Source of the DNA: Bilabrum cf. latius
Lineage: Eukaryota
DNA: 64,000 nt
NCBI GenBank assembly: GCA_965178125.1
Contig: OZ237775.1
Coordinates: 186,001 to 250,000 of the forward strand
Reading direction: 5' to 3'
Shown: one piece after another, positions 12,268 through 26,600 of the stretch
Layout: the number at the start of each line of letters is the position of its first letter
Numbering within the stretch: position 1 is the stretch's first letter
Program-made: the position numbers and the translations under genes
Notes under the pieces: model-generated
What the model was told of the DNA's origin: nothing
The model's database searches: none
What the model saw: only the letters and a program-made list of their open reading frames with translations

Positions 12268-15200
12268 ATGGGAAACGCTATTTCATTAGGTGCCGAAACG
12301 GCTTAGCTCGAAGAAGGCTTCAAAGTATCCGAGGCTGCAGCGTATTTCGGATCATCCGCACACCAGGTAGGCAGGATTGCCTAGTATGGCGCAACCAAGG
12401 GACGAATCCCGAGAACGATCGGTTAGCTGCTACAAGTGACATCGAATGCGATTGGGGTGGCTGCTGCGGTAGATGCAGGGGTGGCATCGCTTCGCAACTT
12501 CGCAGACTTGCGGGCTGGAACGCAGGATCGGATGCAATCGATAATGACTGTTTTACCTGCCGATGCATTATGCATAAACGCGATGCATGCTTCTGCTATA
12601 ATTCATCAATAGGTAAGCCTGCATTCTGCTCTGCTCTCCTCCGTTAAGTGTCGCGCAATGGGAGCCGCCTACTCTTTTCACCACAGGCTTTCTCCAGGTG
12701 TGCGCAGGCGAACAGCGCGCATGATGCGGCTGGCTCACCACCAGAAAGGGCCGAAGTGGCTATCAGACAATGCACTAAAGTCTCGAAGGATCTTCTAGCG
12801 GTGGCAGTGGCCGGTCCGTGCGAGGGAGACGCGTGGACAGCAGCCGTCACCGAAGCGGCAGCCTCAACAAAGGCATTGTCGAAGTCGGTCATAGCCCTTG
12901 CTGCGCGAATTTACGCCGCAGATTCTTGCGAAGAACTGGTGCAGCAATTCATGCAAAACCATACTGAATACGACGCGGAGCTCCGGAACATGGCCACCGC
13001 GGCAGGGCTCGCGCCCCGCGATACGCTGTGCGATGCCAAATCAGACGCCCTGAGCGCCAGCAACGACTTGCCCGCGCTCAAGGCATGGGCACAAGACCTC
13101 GCCGCCATCGCATGGCGAGCCAGACTAGAGTGGGCCGCGCGCGCCCCCGCCGTGGGGCAGGGCCTCTTGGGAGCTCGACTTGTCTCTGCCCTGGAGGCCT
13201 CCCCGCTCCTGTGCCCGGGGGCGTCCATGATATGTGCCATGCTGCCGCTGCTGCAGCACAGGAGCGAAGCCGTGAAGCTCTCTATCCCTCACTTGCTGCT
13301 CGCCTGCTCCCTCCTCGCTGACCTCGCGAAAGAGGTCCCCTCACTGCGGCAGGCGGCCGAGAGCATCGCGAGGGAGGAAGGGGAGCAGGTGCTTGTGAAC
13401 GCCCGCCGGAAAACGAGCAGGCACGCAATGCAGGGTCTCAAGGGCAAGCTTCCAAATATCCTGCAGATGCCGGGCGACAAGCACATCGCAGACGCCGGCA
13501 GCAGCAGCAATGCTAGGGGCGCGATTGCAGTGCTGCGGGCCATCCGCTCCGTGATTCAGGGAACTTCTTCCGTCCTTGGCGCGCTGTGCACGGGACCGGA
13601 AATAGAGGAAGAGGAAGAGGGGTGGATGGGGGCATGGCTCGCATCCGGGATGTTCGATGGCGGCCTGCAGGGTACCCCTTGCAGCACCAGGGGTCCGGAG
13701 GGGACAGGGGACCTGAGGGCAGCCCGGGAGTTCGTGGCAGCCGCGGCGGCACAGGGGGGCCAGGCCGGGGAACAGATGACCAAGGCACGGGACGAGGCAC
13801 TGCAGGCACGACTGGATGCTTCTCGACAGGAGGTCAGCGCCAGACGCCTGGCGAACACGTCCTGCGGCCAGCTGCTGCATTTTCTCCCCAAGGGCCTCGC
13901 CAATGCCGCCAAGCTGGCCGCCCAGTCCTGTGGGCTGGATGGCGCGCACGTTCCAGCGGAACTCCCGCCTTCTTGGGGCGCTGGTGGAGCTGCCAGCGGT
14001 GCAGGTGCAGGGCACGGTGGTGCAGTGTCAAGCGGGGGTGGGCTGGATCCGAACGACGCAGCCGTCAGCACCGTGCCCTCTCTCAGTTTTCTGGTGCAGT
14101 GCATGGCGGATCAAACGGACCCTGCCAGCGCCAGGAAGATCCAGGAGGCGGCGCTTCCCACCTGCATCCCTGATAAAGGCCGCTCAGAGGATTGCAACGC
14201 TTTCATCGCAAGCTTGTTCAAGGAAAAGGCTGGGAAGGCTTCGTCACCAACCGGTCCCAACAATGCCAGAGGGCTGGGCATCGACCCGTCCACGTGGCCT
14301 GGCAGCAGCAAGACAGGTATCCAGCTCGCCAGGTGGGCTCGCCTGGCGCTGACCGAGCGCAGTCGTCCCAAGGGCAAGCCAAAAGGCATCGAGGTCGCGT
14401 TCCTGGCGGCCTTTCTGCGGCACAGCGGAATGTGGGAGGAAGTGTCGGCCCAGGTGCGCCGAGCCAGGGCACAGGCGGGTGAGGCCGGCCTTGCCTCGCT
14501 CAAACTGCAAGACGCAATGCCCCCGCCCGCCGAAGAGGGTCCGATCTGTAATGCCATGATCGTACTGACCAACTTCCTAAGCTCCAACAAACCCAAGAAA
14601 ACGGACGGTGAAGCTGGTGCCACCCAGGGCGGAGCGCAAGGCGGCCCCGCAGCCGGGGGAAATGCCGCGGCGCCGTAGGCAGCAGCAGGAGTGCCACCCC
14701 CGCCCCCGCCCGCGGGAGCGGGAGCAGGAGCAGCAACCGGTGCAGCGGCCGCTGGTGGTGACGGCGCTGATGGTGGTGATGGCAGGGCTGGAGATGGGGC
14801 AGCAACCGGTGCAGGGGAAGGCGGTGCTTAGAAGGCCGCCCCCCGCGGGGCAGCCTTCCGCTCCCGCAAGCAAATGTCCACGGTACACCCAACGTCGATG
14901 CTGGACCGCGAGAGGAATGCACGCGGTGCCCTACTGCTCTGGGCATTCTGCGGGGCGGGGGCCTCCCCGATCAAGCATGAAGGTCTGGCGAGGGCGAGTC
15001 GTGCCTCCGCTGCTGCGCACGCGCACAGCGATGCCCCCAGCGAGACGTTCGGTCTCGAGTTTGCGTACACCACTTCGATTAAGAAGGACTTGAGTGGGGT
15101 GGTGGGTCTAGCCAAGCAGGACGCGGGTGCTAGTGACAGGCAAGCGAGCGGAAGCATGAGGGAGGAAGAGAAGCACTCCAAGAAAATGTGCTTCGCGTTC

Positions 15201-18200
15201 GCGGACCGGCACCCAGACACGCGCGCGGAAGGCCTAGGACCGGTGCTCACTGCCCTTCGAATTCTCATGGGCGAGACGCACACCCTGGACCTCGGGGCGC
15301 TCGCAGGGTCGCTGCACAGGAGGAGGCAGCGAGCGGCGGATCGAGTCATTGGGCTGCGTGGGATAGAGGCACTTCTGGCTGGAGTGAGCGGCTGCCCCAC
15401 CTTTTCGTTCCTGGGCGCTGTGTCGGTGGAGGGCGCTGCATCGTAGCTCCTGTCCCGAGACGTGCTGTGGGCCGTGCCAGACTGCTTCAGGACGCGGTCC
15501 GCCTACGATCGCAGGGTGGGTGTCCCGGTCGAGAGCGGGGCAGGGAATCCCTTGTTCCCTGGAAAGAGACAGGCACTGCACCTGGAGGCAGGGCTGAAGG
15601 GGGCGCCAGCAGATCTCGTGCGGCAGGTGAGGCTGCATGGCGGCAGGCTGCTGGGGCGGCTGGTGCAGCTCACCAAGTAGGTGGGCAAACAGGGCCGCGC
15701 CAACGTGCCGCTTCTGCTTGCCGCCGGCTCCTGCATTGCACTGCAGTGGCGTCCAACCCGGGACGACTGCAGACTACTCGCAGCGATCGAGGCCGAGCCG
15801 GCACTGAGGTCGATCAGCAATCTCAAGGTGCAGCTGGACAGCCTTATGGAGATCGCGTCCACTGCAATGCAGGCCCTCTTGGGACAGGAGATCGGCCAGC
15901 ACTGCTTCCCAGACGGTAGCCAGTTCGATCAGATGACGCTGCAGGAGCAGCTGCCAGCCATCGCTTGTGCCGTCAGGGCCGGAGACATGCCAGCCAGGGA
16001 GCTGGCTGCCCTGCTGCTTGCCGCTGCAGGTGTGAGCAGATCCATGCTGTCTGTGCTTGGGCCTGAAGACGAGCGAGGCATGCCATCGCTGAAGAAGGAG
16101 CTCCTTGATGGCTCGGCCTCGCTGGACAAGCTAGCCGAGTCCATGGGCCCGCAGGGTATGCTTTCCCAGCTCGCTGTCGCCGTGCACACATCCAGGCTAC
16201 ACTTGGATCCTGCGGTTGCGGGCGATAGCTCAGCGGGGGATGCCGCAGCCACCGCGGCAGCCGCTGGTGCCAGTGATGGTGCCGCTGACTCTGCTGCAAG
16301 TGCCACCGCCAGTGGCGGAGCGGAGGGTGGCAGCAGCAGTGCAGCGGCGGCCAGCGCTGCCGGAGGGTCGATCGACAGCGAGGACCTAGCCGTGGATCGA
16401 TGGTTCGCCCCGAACACGCCACAATAGACAGTGGCCAAACTGGATGATCCAGCCCTGGATCTGAAAGTGCTGCCAAGCGCGCTGGCACCAGAGCCAGCCC
16501 TGGATCTCGCCTGCCACGAGATCGAGGGCAGGGCAGGCGGCCACGACCGTCTCGCACTCGCCGCCGTCCAAACTCTCCATGACCTCGTGCGCACTACTTT
16601 GCTCGCGGGAGACGTGGCGCAGTCTGTGGGCGAGTTCACCATGCCCAAGGCAGCCGCATGGATCGCCGGGGGCGCCTCCCCCGCATCCTCCGCGCCCGTC
16701 ACCATGGACTCGGGAGCCAACAATCGTGACATGGAGGTTACCTTTGCGCACGGTCTTCCGCAGCTGCCCGGCATCTGTTTGCCCGCCATCGATCACGACG
16801 TGCGGAATGCCGCGAAGCAAAGCGCGCGAGCTCTTGCGGCCGACCTGCGGGAAATCGCGAATGCTTTCAGGAGGTCCTCGGGATCACCCGCAGCTGGCGC
16901 CGGATCCACCGGTGCGGGCAGCATCATGCGGACCGAGACGAGCTGGCGCAACGCACGGCTGCGGGTGACCCTGCGATCCGCGCTTGCGCTCACCAATGCG
17001 CCGGACCATTGGGACGGTCTGTTCAGCTGCCCGGGAGCGGGCCAGCAGCGGGCTCTCAGCGACGACTAGCTGGGCGCCTCATCAGCGCCGCCCTCTGCAG
17101 AACCCGCGGTGCTCAAGGCTCTCGCCACTGAGAACGGGGTGCAGACTCTCTTGGAGCTGATGATGAACGCTCCATATTCGCTGCAAGCTGCCATCCACAC
17201 TCTGATTCGTCGGGTGCTTCCCACTGTGCCAATTCTGGTGGCATCGAGAGCTTGCCTTGCGGCGGTAAACCACGCCATCCCGCACGCAACGATGATGCTC
17301 AAGCAGGCCTGCATGCCACCGGGACAAGGTGCAGTGCATGGCGGCGGGGCCCCGCCCGAGTGCCTGCAGACTCTGCTGCGAGCGATCGCCGCGATTGGGG
17401 CCCTTCCCGCTTCTGGGTGTCCCACGGCCAACATGCGGCATCCCATTGTGGGCGTCATGCCCAAGCACCAAATCGCGCTTCGAATCCAAACGATGCAGCT
17501 CGGGTGCTTCCGTTCTGTTCCTGTGGGTCCGTTCGCCGGTGCGTGGGCCCACCACCTGTCCTCCCTTGCCGTGGAGACTCTCCGCAGTCTGATGCAGGGC
17601 ACTCACGGCCCGCACGCCGATGACTGGGCCAACAGCACAATGGACTGCGTGCGAAGCGGGATCCTTGGCGATCCCACAGCTCCTTCCAGCGACTGGGAAG
17701 CGGCAAAAGTCGCCAACAGCTGGAATGGTACCGTGCACGCGCTGGTGGGGCTGGAGGGGCGCGGGTCGGATGCACTGGCCCTCCGCGGCACCTCGTACGA
17801 GCTGGCCGTGCTCGCGGAGGCCGCTGCTTCTGCGTGGACCTTTGGCGGAGGACGGAGCGCGCTGGCTCCTGGCCAGTCCTACCGGCACGCAGTTCCAGGC
17901 AGCGGCTGGAGTCGGAACGAGTCGGATCCAATCATGAGTCAGGACCTTCACGCCGTTCTGTTCGCGGAGAGGAGGGAAGGCGCTGTGCTGGCATGGGACC
18001 CGGGGACCGCGAGCACAGTGTGCATGGAAGTGCCCGAGCGTGCGGGGGGCGGCGAGACCGAGTTCGGGAGCCGGGTAAACACGCAGGGCAGGTGTAACCT
18101 ACCAGGGGCAGATGCGTGGGACACAGAGTGCGCTTGGGCGAGCGGGCCTTTTGCGGCGGCGAGCAGCCGGTCAGCGGATGCCGGTACCGTTGGGGCGGCG

Positions 18201-21200
18201 TGTGTCGCTCCAAGCGGGCACGTACTGCCGTTCGCTCAGCTGCGGCACGGCCACAGCGTGGGGTATGCTTCGACCATGCCGCCCACCACTCTGGACGGGG
18301 GACTGTCGCAGCGGCTGGGATCTTTGCGCGCGATTCCGACCCACGAGCTTCGTTCAATCTCTGCGGTGTCACCATTCTGCGACGCTGCCGTGCCACCGTC
18401 GAGGGGGGGCACGTTCTATGGCCTGTACAAGACTTTGATCAAGGCGCATAGCAGCACGGATTGGAGGGAACAGGCAGGTCCCAGGGAGGCCGCAGCTCGC
18501 GTGATGCGGTCCGGGCTGAGGCGACGCGCCTTGCAGGGCTTGGTGCACATGCTCAGGAGCAGGGAGCAGCTCGCCCTAGTGGCTGCAGGCACCGACAAGC
18601 TGCTCCGCACCATCGTGGACATCTCGCTCGAACCAATGAAGTATAGCAGGTTCAGAGATCCGGAGCAGCTGGGTCTGCAGTGCGATGCACTCACCGCGCT
18701 GCTGCTGCCGCAGGATGTGATGGCTGTCGCGAGGAGGATCGTTGTCAGCAAGGACGCGGTGCAGGGAGGGATGGGCCGGCTCGATGCCATCCTGGGTGGG
18801 GCGGGAGGAGACGATGACAGCTCTGGCGATGCGGATGGTACCGCCACGGGTGGGAGCAGAGGTGGCGCAGGCTCAGGTGCTGGGTCTGACCTGCGGCCAG
18901 CAATGATGCGTAGGGAGCCATCTGTGGACCTGCCCTCCACTCTGGGGTCCAATGTGTCCTAGGAAGACTACCAACACGCGCGAAGCCTGCACAGCGTGAT
19001 GCACAGGAGGATGGACGTGTGCGCCATGGCGTATCTGCTAGCAGATCGCGATGAGGACGATGCAAGGCAACTGCTGAGTCAGCATCGCCGTGATGCCGAC
19101 ATCTACGATCTTGCTGACAAGAAGGTGAAGGAGCAGCAAGAAGCCGCTGCCGCTGCCGCTGCTGCTGCTGCCGGTGGAGCCGCGGATGAAGAAGGTGCAG
19201 ACGGCACCGATGGAACAGACGAAGCAGACTCCAGCAGTCTCCCTGGGCTCCTTGCCGAAGCAAGAAGGGCGCGGGAGCTGTGCAGGTCCAAGCCATTGAT
19301 TCCTGCTGGTGTTCATGCGGTGCCAAAGCAGAGCAACTCTGCGGAGCAGCCGTCTAGCTCAGCTGGTTCCAGCCCGGGGGTCGCAGGGGGGTCCAGCAAG
19401 TTTGCCGCATTGTTTCGGAGACACAGCTCGTAGATTGCCGATGGGGCCCAAGACCACCAGCTGGAGGCAGACCTGAAGGATGCGTCAGAGTCTGCGAAGG
19501 CAAAGCGGTTGCTGGCCAGCGGGGCGCACACGGGCGTGCTACCCAACACGGCCAGAGCGCTTGTGGGTCAGCAGCCGGCCGCTGTGGCGCTGCCAGTCGA
19601 CTGCTCCGGTCCAGTCGTTGCTAGCCCGGGGTTGATCCGCGGCTGCACGGTGGTAGTGGCGGGATGTCACGGCGGACACCATGCCGCACCGTTGGGCGAC
19701 AAGGCCCTGTATCTAGCCTGCACCGGCGGGCCCATGTCGGTCGCTGCACTGACGGGGATGGGGGTCATTGGGTACGTGACGGAGGGCGGCAGGGCAGTAG
19801 GGTCTGCCGGGACTGGCAGGGTGCGGATCACGGTGCCGGCGGGGGGTGATTTGGGCGGAACTATCGAAGTGGCTGTGCCGCTGGGTCGGCTGGGACTGCT
19901 GACTGCGCCGTACGGAATCAAGACAATGGGCACGACCCAAGATGCGGTAAGCACCTAGGTGCTAGAGTCGCTGGAGAAAGCGGACAACGGGCTGGCGTCG
20001 CTGGCTGCAAGGCGGGCGCTCTGCACGGTGCTGGCTGGCTGGCCCGCCAACGTGCCGTTTGCTCCAGGAGCGCTGGGCGGGTCTTCCAAGCTGATCGAGG
20101 TGGCTAAACTGGTGGCAGCGTCGGAGGGCGTATTTAGCCAGGGCGCCACCGGACTTGGGATCCAGAGCGTCACACAGCAGATGGCGCAGGAGATGGCCAA
20201 GTCGGCGTCCTCCTTCTCCTACGTGCCCGCTAAGCGTTCAAGCCACGTACCGACCAAGCGGGCCGCATCAGGCGCCGGGAGTTCGTCAGCTGGTGGGACA
20301 TATGGTGGACATTAGCCCACAGACCAGGACGAGGGTGAGGTCAAGGGGTAGTCTGCCCTGGTTGACTCGATCGCTGGGGCTCTAGCTCGATGCATTTTGG
20401 AGGACGAGACGCCGCCCGGCTGGAAGGGCCTGACTTGGAAGTGTGGCAAGTGCAGCGTCAGCAATGTCGGCTCGAATAAGGTGTGCGATTTGTGCAAGGT
20501 GGGCGATAGGCCTGCACTGGCAGCCCGCGATGATCCATTGGCTCCGCTACTACTGGACGAGACAGCCAGGCACGTAAAAGAGGCCACGCGGTCCGTCGCC
20601 AACGCAAAGACTCTGCTCGGCGCGCGCATAGGGGCGGGCACCGCTGCGTTCGAGAGCCAGCACCCTGTGCCCATCGACCAGGCCGTGGTGCACATCGCGG
20701 TGGAGGGGGCCTCCTCGCTATTCGTCGAGTTTGACGTGACGTGCGAGTCTCCAGGGGGATCGAGGGACACCCGAGTGGAATTCTTCGCGGATAAAGAGCT
20801 AACGTGCCTCGTGGCCGTGCGAGCAGGACCCAAGGCGGAGTTCTGCAAGCCGTTCGTGGCCCCTTGTTCCGAGCTATTTGCGCGCACAGTGCACCCGGGT
20901 GGGGAGTGTGACGAGCCGTGGCATGGGTGGTCCTGCACGGCGCGCGGCCTCAACGGCGTGCGCTGGTCTGGAGAGAGGCAGGTGTCGATGATGCCTTCGA
21001 TCGAGTGGGGCACGTGGCTCGTGGACCAGCTCTCCTCCAAGGCGCTGACTCCGACCTTGCTGCGGTCCGGTGCCCTTCACAACGATCTCGTGCTGGCACC
21101 CCTGTGTCAGTATGCTGGCGCGGCGCAGGTTCCGTTCGCTGCCGATGCTCGCAGGTGCCTCATGCGGCTGGTCAGCTGCCCCCAGTACTTCAGCAGGGCA

Positions 21201-23408
21201 AACCCACCGGATCTTGCTCCCATCCTTCGGTTGCGGGATGCCATTCAGGATGACTTATTGAAGCGCGCGGCTGACAGCCCACTGTTCCTCGCCCCCGGTG
21301 TGCAGGAAATGTGCGAGCTCGTGTCGGCCGCAGACATGGCTCAGCAGTACGTGAAGGGAGACATGAACCAGACATGCGTGCTGGACCTGGCTGCTAGAGC
21401 AAAGGGTGCACCCCTCGCCGATCAGGGCACTGAGTGGAATCCAAGGAAACCCGGTCTTGGAGCCAATCCGCCCTTGAACCCGCGGTTTGGAGTCCCGTCC
21501 GACTTCAAGTAGATCACCCCGCTGCAGGCCATGTCGCTCCTGCGAGAAGCGCTGAAAGGCGTGGCAGCAGGCGCAGATGCGGAGCAGTCAGGACCCAGGG
21601 CAGCCCGAATCCCCGACCCGTGGGTCGTGGCAGCATCGCGGCTGGCTCGAAACGCCGGAGAGTTTGAAGAGCTATCCATGCGGGAGCTGGTGCAAGCGCA
21701 CATGGTGCTGAGCGACTGGCCGCTGGACAAGGACAAGGTGCTTGTGGAGCTGCTCCACGAAAAGGCCAAGAAGGCCAAGAAGGACCCGCTCGACCCGGAA
21801 TTCAAGGTGCACGAACTGTCGGTAGCTGCGGAAGACCGGATTGACTTCGGGGGTATTTTCGGGACGGTGCTCAGCGACGAGTCCCTGAGGCTGCGAAGCG
21901 CGCTTATGATCCTTATCAACCGCGCAATCCAGCGGTGTCTCCCGCAGATCGACCTGCGGAGTAAGCTGGGGGAGGCCGCTGTGGGCGACCTCCTGCAGTC
22001 CATGCGACACCTTGTGTTCCATTGCACTGTGAGGCCTCTCGTAGAGAATGCCATGAACGAAGCAGCTACTGTCGAGGGGGATGAGCTGAAGGTAGAGATC
22101 GACGCCGACGATGCAAAGCGAAGCGTATAGGCTGGTATCGTGTCTCCATCCGGGTCTAGGTGCTGCTTCGCTCAGCTGATGAAGAAGCTCGAAGGTGTGC
22201 CTGCAGCCAGGCTACGGTGCCCCATGGACGGCGACAACAAGCTCTTTAAGGTAGAGTACACGGGCGAGGACGGGGTCGACGAGGGCGGTCTGTTCAGAGA
22301 CCTTCTTGCAAACGTGGTGGAGGACCTTTTCAGCCCGACCCCTGGCATTGCTCTATTCCAGCCGACGCCGGCATACAGGTCGAGACTGGAGGGGAGCGCT
22401 GCCAAAGGGGTTGGCCTAGAGGAGGCCTACGTGCCGATCAAGTCTTCACTGGATGAACGAGAGCGCTCACTCATGCGGTTCCTTGGAGTGCTAATGGGCG
22501 TCTCTATGAGGCACAGCCTTTGCCTCGGCGTGGAGCTCGCGCCCATCGTTTGGAAAGGTATCGTGGGCGAGACACCTTCTGCTGCAGATGTCATTGACAT
22601 GGATCCGATCGCATGCAGTAATCTGCGGCTGATTGCTTCATGGAAGCCGGATGCTGATGGCTCGAATAACGACGGCGATGGCGATGGTGCTGCTTCAGGA
22701 GGGGCTGCTTCAGGAGGGGCTGCTGCTCGTGGCCAGGGGTAGGCGCGGGCATTCGAGGCGCAACTCAACGGCGCTGTGTATTTTGTGGATCCCGTTGATT
22801 CTCGCGTGCCTCTGGTCCCAGGGGGCAGCCGGATTCGTGTCACTCTGGAGAACCGGAAGCAGTACATCAATGCCGTGATCAAGAGAAGAGTGTCGCAGTG
22901 CGCCGACACCGTGTCTGCGATTCGGGCTGGAATGTCCGTGGTTGTACCAGACCAGGCCACAGTGCTCTGTGGCTGGAGCACGTTGCGCACTATGGTCGCT
23001 GGGTCAAACGAGATCAGTATCGACGACATCCGTGAGCACGCTTAGTTCCTCCACGCCATCCAACGAGAGCACGATCTTTAGCGTTGGTTGTTCGAGGTCC
23101 TTGAAGAGATGACCCAGCGGCAGCGGAGGGACTTCTTGAAGTTTGCTTGGGGGCGCACTAAGCTTCCAGCCAACGACGCCGGCTGGTATGGACCGAATGG
23201 GGAGGCTATCCGGTTTAAGGTGCTGATGCGGCGAAGGGTGGACCCGCGAACTGACCGGCTGATTGTATTCGGCGATCAACACTTTGTACTTGCTCACACG
23301 TGCTTCTTCATGCTGGAGATGCCCAAGTATACGACCAAGGAGAACCTCAGGAAAAAACTGCTTGAGTCCATGGCAGAAGGTCTCGCTGGTGGAATGCAGA
23401 TGGCATAA
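12268..23408 (+). CDS. Giant HECT-domain E3 ubiquitin ligase (~3,690 aa) with RanBP2-type zinc finger and possible N-myristoylation
   Basis: Exon 1 12268-12612 (MGNAIS...), intron 12613-12686 (GTAAGC...CCACAG), exon 2 12687-23408. All listed ORF pieces 12648...23088 are in one frame, broken only by TAG (20 counted in total). ZnF 'WKCGKCSVSNVGSNKVCDLCK'; HECT 'YTGEDGVDEGGLFRD', 'FLKFAWGRTKLP', catalytic 'AHTCFFMLEMPKY'; TAA at the expected HECT C-terminus. Confidence 0.9.
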
Positions 23409-23611
23409 TTGTGACTTAATTCGTGATACGAATGTATACCCGTATATTTCTTAGCTTACGGCAATCCGGATGCAGAAACGATCAAAAATTGCTTAAGCTC
23501 AAGGTATTATTAGAAAAGTGAAACCGCCTCGTCTAATCCAGCAGTCAAAAATCCGGATGAGTTGGATGGCTTCGAGTACCGCGCCTGCGTCAGTGCGGGG
23601 TACACGAGCCG

Positions 23612-26600
23612 TCACTATGGGTCAGAAATGAGGTCCTGCAAGCCACCGCCTAGACCAAGTCCGGTAGAGCCGGGCGATGTTCTGCGCCGTCCCGAGCGTC
23701 CAGCCACGCGGGCCGATCTCCGGGTCACCCTTCCGCGACTCGCTGCGGATTTACCAGCCAGGGTCTACCTTGTTGGTTTACTAGCACTGGAGCTGCCCAG
23801 GTCGCCTTGCTCCTCTCCGGCACTGAGTGCTCCCATCAGCGCCAAAGGGGCTCGCCTCGGGCTCGGGGGCTGGCGATTACCGGCTTGGTTGTCATCAGAG
23901 TCGGACCCCGAGTCAGACTCTGACCCGGACTCACCAGAGCTGTCGGGGTGAGTGTGCGGCTTCTTGCCTTGTCCGGCACGCTCATTCCCGGTCTAGGAGG
24001 CTACAGATCCCGTTGTAGCGCCTGTTTCATTCCTACTTGATGACGCGAGAGAGACCGGAGCTGGTGCCTTTGCAGCGCCACGGAAAAGGTTCCGGAACGG
24101 GATGTCATCGGCTGCATCATCTCCGAGGGGCGAGGGGGCGTGCAAATCATCAACACTAGAGGACAGATGGCTGCCGATCTGGAGGCCGCTCTCTCCCGCT
24201 CGAGAGCCTCGCAGGGCCGAGGAGCTCCCGCTCCTAGTTGAACTGGAAACGCCAGTGCCAGAGACAGCCCCAGTGCCAACAGCTGCCATCTGTGCTGGTG
24301 CAACAGCCCTCGTTCCCAGCGCTTCACCGCTACCGCCAGAGCCGATGGCACCGGCCTTTGACGGATCATTTGCACCTGCGTGCTAAACCACCCCGGGTGT
24401 TGATTCGTTAGCAAAATGAACCCTACCCTTGCCGCCCGGGCTCTTGTCAGACGCAGCGGCTCCACTCCCGCTGTCGACCTGCTTTCTAACTGCCTTGCCA
24501 TACACCTGCGAATCGATGCCTCTCGGCGGGAAATCAAACCTCGTCCGACTGGCCATCGCGTCCAGCTCCTGGAGCGCGCTGTTGAGCTCCAGCACATCGT
24601 CGGTTGAGGCACTGGCACTATGGTCATGGTCCTAGCTCAGGCTTAGGCTCTGGCTCATGCTCTCGATGGGACCCGAGTAGGCAGACAGCAAGCCAGACCT
24701 CCTCCTCCTCTTTCTGTCTTTGCTGGCTTGCTTCTTCTTCGACTTGCCGCTGCCACCGTCGCTATCGTCAGTACTACTGTCGCTATCGCTGTCGCTGTCA
24801 CTGTCACTGTCGCTGCTGCTGTCACTGTCGCTGTCCTGCATCTAGGCTATTGGTGACGCGCCAGAGCTAGCCTGGGCGGGACCAGGCAATGTCGAGCCGG
24901 AAGCCACCGAGGGAGCGGTACTATCCGCTGAACTAGAAACACCTACTGTGGAGGGTGTCGGCGCCTGTCCTTTCAAAGCATCGCTTGTGCTCTAGTCAGC
25001 ATCAGCTGCGGGGACGGCGGCAGGGGCAGGCACAGCTCCCGATGCGGCGCTGGAAGTCTGCGCTTCAGTTTCCATTCTGGTCTAGCCTTCAACGGTGCCT
25101 GGAGGACCGGAAGCAGAATGGATAACAGCTGAGCTGTCGTCGGGGCTGGTGCTTCCGCCACCGGTTAAGCTGGTGGTCTTGGTCTTGTTCTAGCTCTTGC
25201 TGTTCTTGACAGCCACAGACTCATTGCTTTCGTTTGGCGATACTTGCAAGCCCTCTTCGTTCGCGCCACACGAGCCCTCCCGGGGTGCAGCTGTACTCTC
25301 CTCGGAGCCGCCGGACCCGTGCTCGGAGACTGACCCGCGGGATTTTCCGCGCCTTCTCCGCCTCCCTTGTTTCAATTGGCTGGCATCTCCGACAGCGGCT
25401 GATGAGCCTGCCGCGGCCGGGCCCGTCGAAGAAATCGAGGCCTGGGCCTGGGGCGGGTCCTGGCCACTGACAGCACCAGGGAAAGAGGAAGACGAAGACG
25501 ATGCCGACTGCCGAAACGCACCCGCTGTTGCTGCCTCACCCAGCTGCTTCGACAAGGCATCCATGGACGCCTGGTTCCTCGCCACAAGTGCCTCGATCGC
25601 GGACATGGAGGCGACCACCTGAGCGTGCCTCGCCTCATCGTGCTTTGATGCGCGCTTGTCTCCTTTCTGCAGCTGCTTGTCCAGCCTGCTGACCTGGGCT
25701 GCGATGCCTTGCAACGAGGCACTGAGCGTTCGCTGCACGGTCGCCATGCCAGCCAGCCTGTCCTCGAGTGGTCGCACCGCGGACTCAACGGCTAGTCTCA
25801 CGCGCTGCTCTACGGCTCGTGCGATGGCCACCTGCAGCCCACCGATGGCGCCTTCGCTCAGCGATGCACTGACCATTCCATGGTGGTGATCTTCTCGTTG
25901 CTGCATCGTCGCGTGCTTTGGTTCCTGCTTCGAGAGTGGCACAAGCTGGCTGGCTCCAGGTGAAGAGTTCGGGCTAGGAAGAGCGGAATCGGAAGTCGCA
26001 GACGGAGCTTCGGAGCGGGGTACGACTGCCCCGGCATCGCGTTTGTTTCTCCTCCTTTTCTTTCCACTGCTGCCGCTGCTATTACTCATGGCAGGGGTGG
26101 TGGCAGTGCCTGAACTTTGACCGGAAGCGCCGGGATCGGACGCTGGGCCAAGGGTCAGAGACTCTTGCTGCTGCCTTGCAACTTGTGAATCGACCACGCC
26201 CGTCTGCCCCGCCGTGCTTGCACCCACGCTATTGCTGGTGGCGCTGTCAACAGCCGCTGGTGCTGCCGCGTGTGCTCCGCGAGACCTCCTCCTGTGCTTC
26301 GATTTTGCATTCGTCTTGCCCTTCAAGGTGCCGTCCCCTTGGGGCGGCACTGGACCAGGGCCTGTGCTCCTGCCTGACTTCGTGGCAGCCTCGGCATCGA
26401 TCTTAGAGCCCTGCGTCGTCTGCTTGGGCGCATCCTTCGCGCTAGTTCTATTGCGCTGCTTGGTTTCACTTCCGCCCCTTTCACCTGCTGCCTGCATGAG
26501 GGTCCTGGCAGCCACGCCGCCTGCACTCGGTACAGACTAGGCAGCGGCAACGCTCGCTCCGTTGCTTGCATTGGCCCCTGTTCGCCTTCGTTTCTTGCGC

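Noticed and set aside
468-23408. Cluster of pseudogenes or sequencing-error stops
   Set aside because: All interruptions are TAG (decay or C>T error would also give TAA/TGA), frames are conserved and catalytic motifs are intact.
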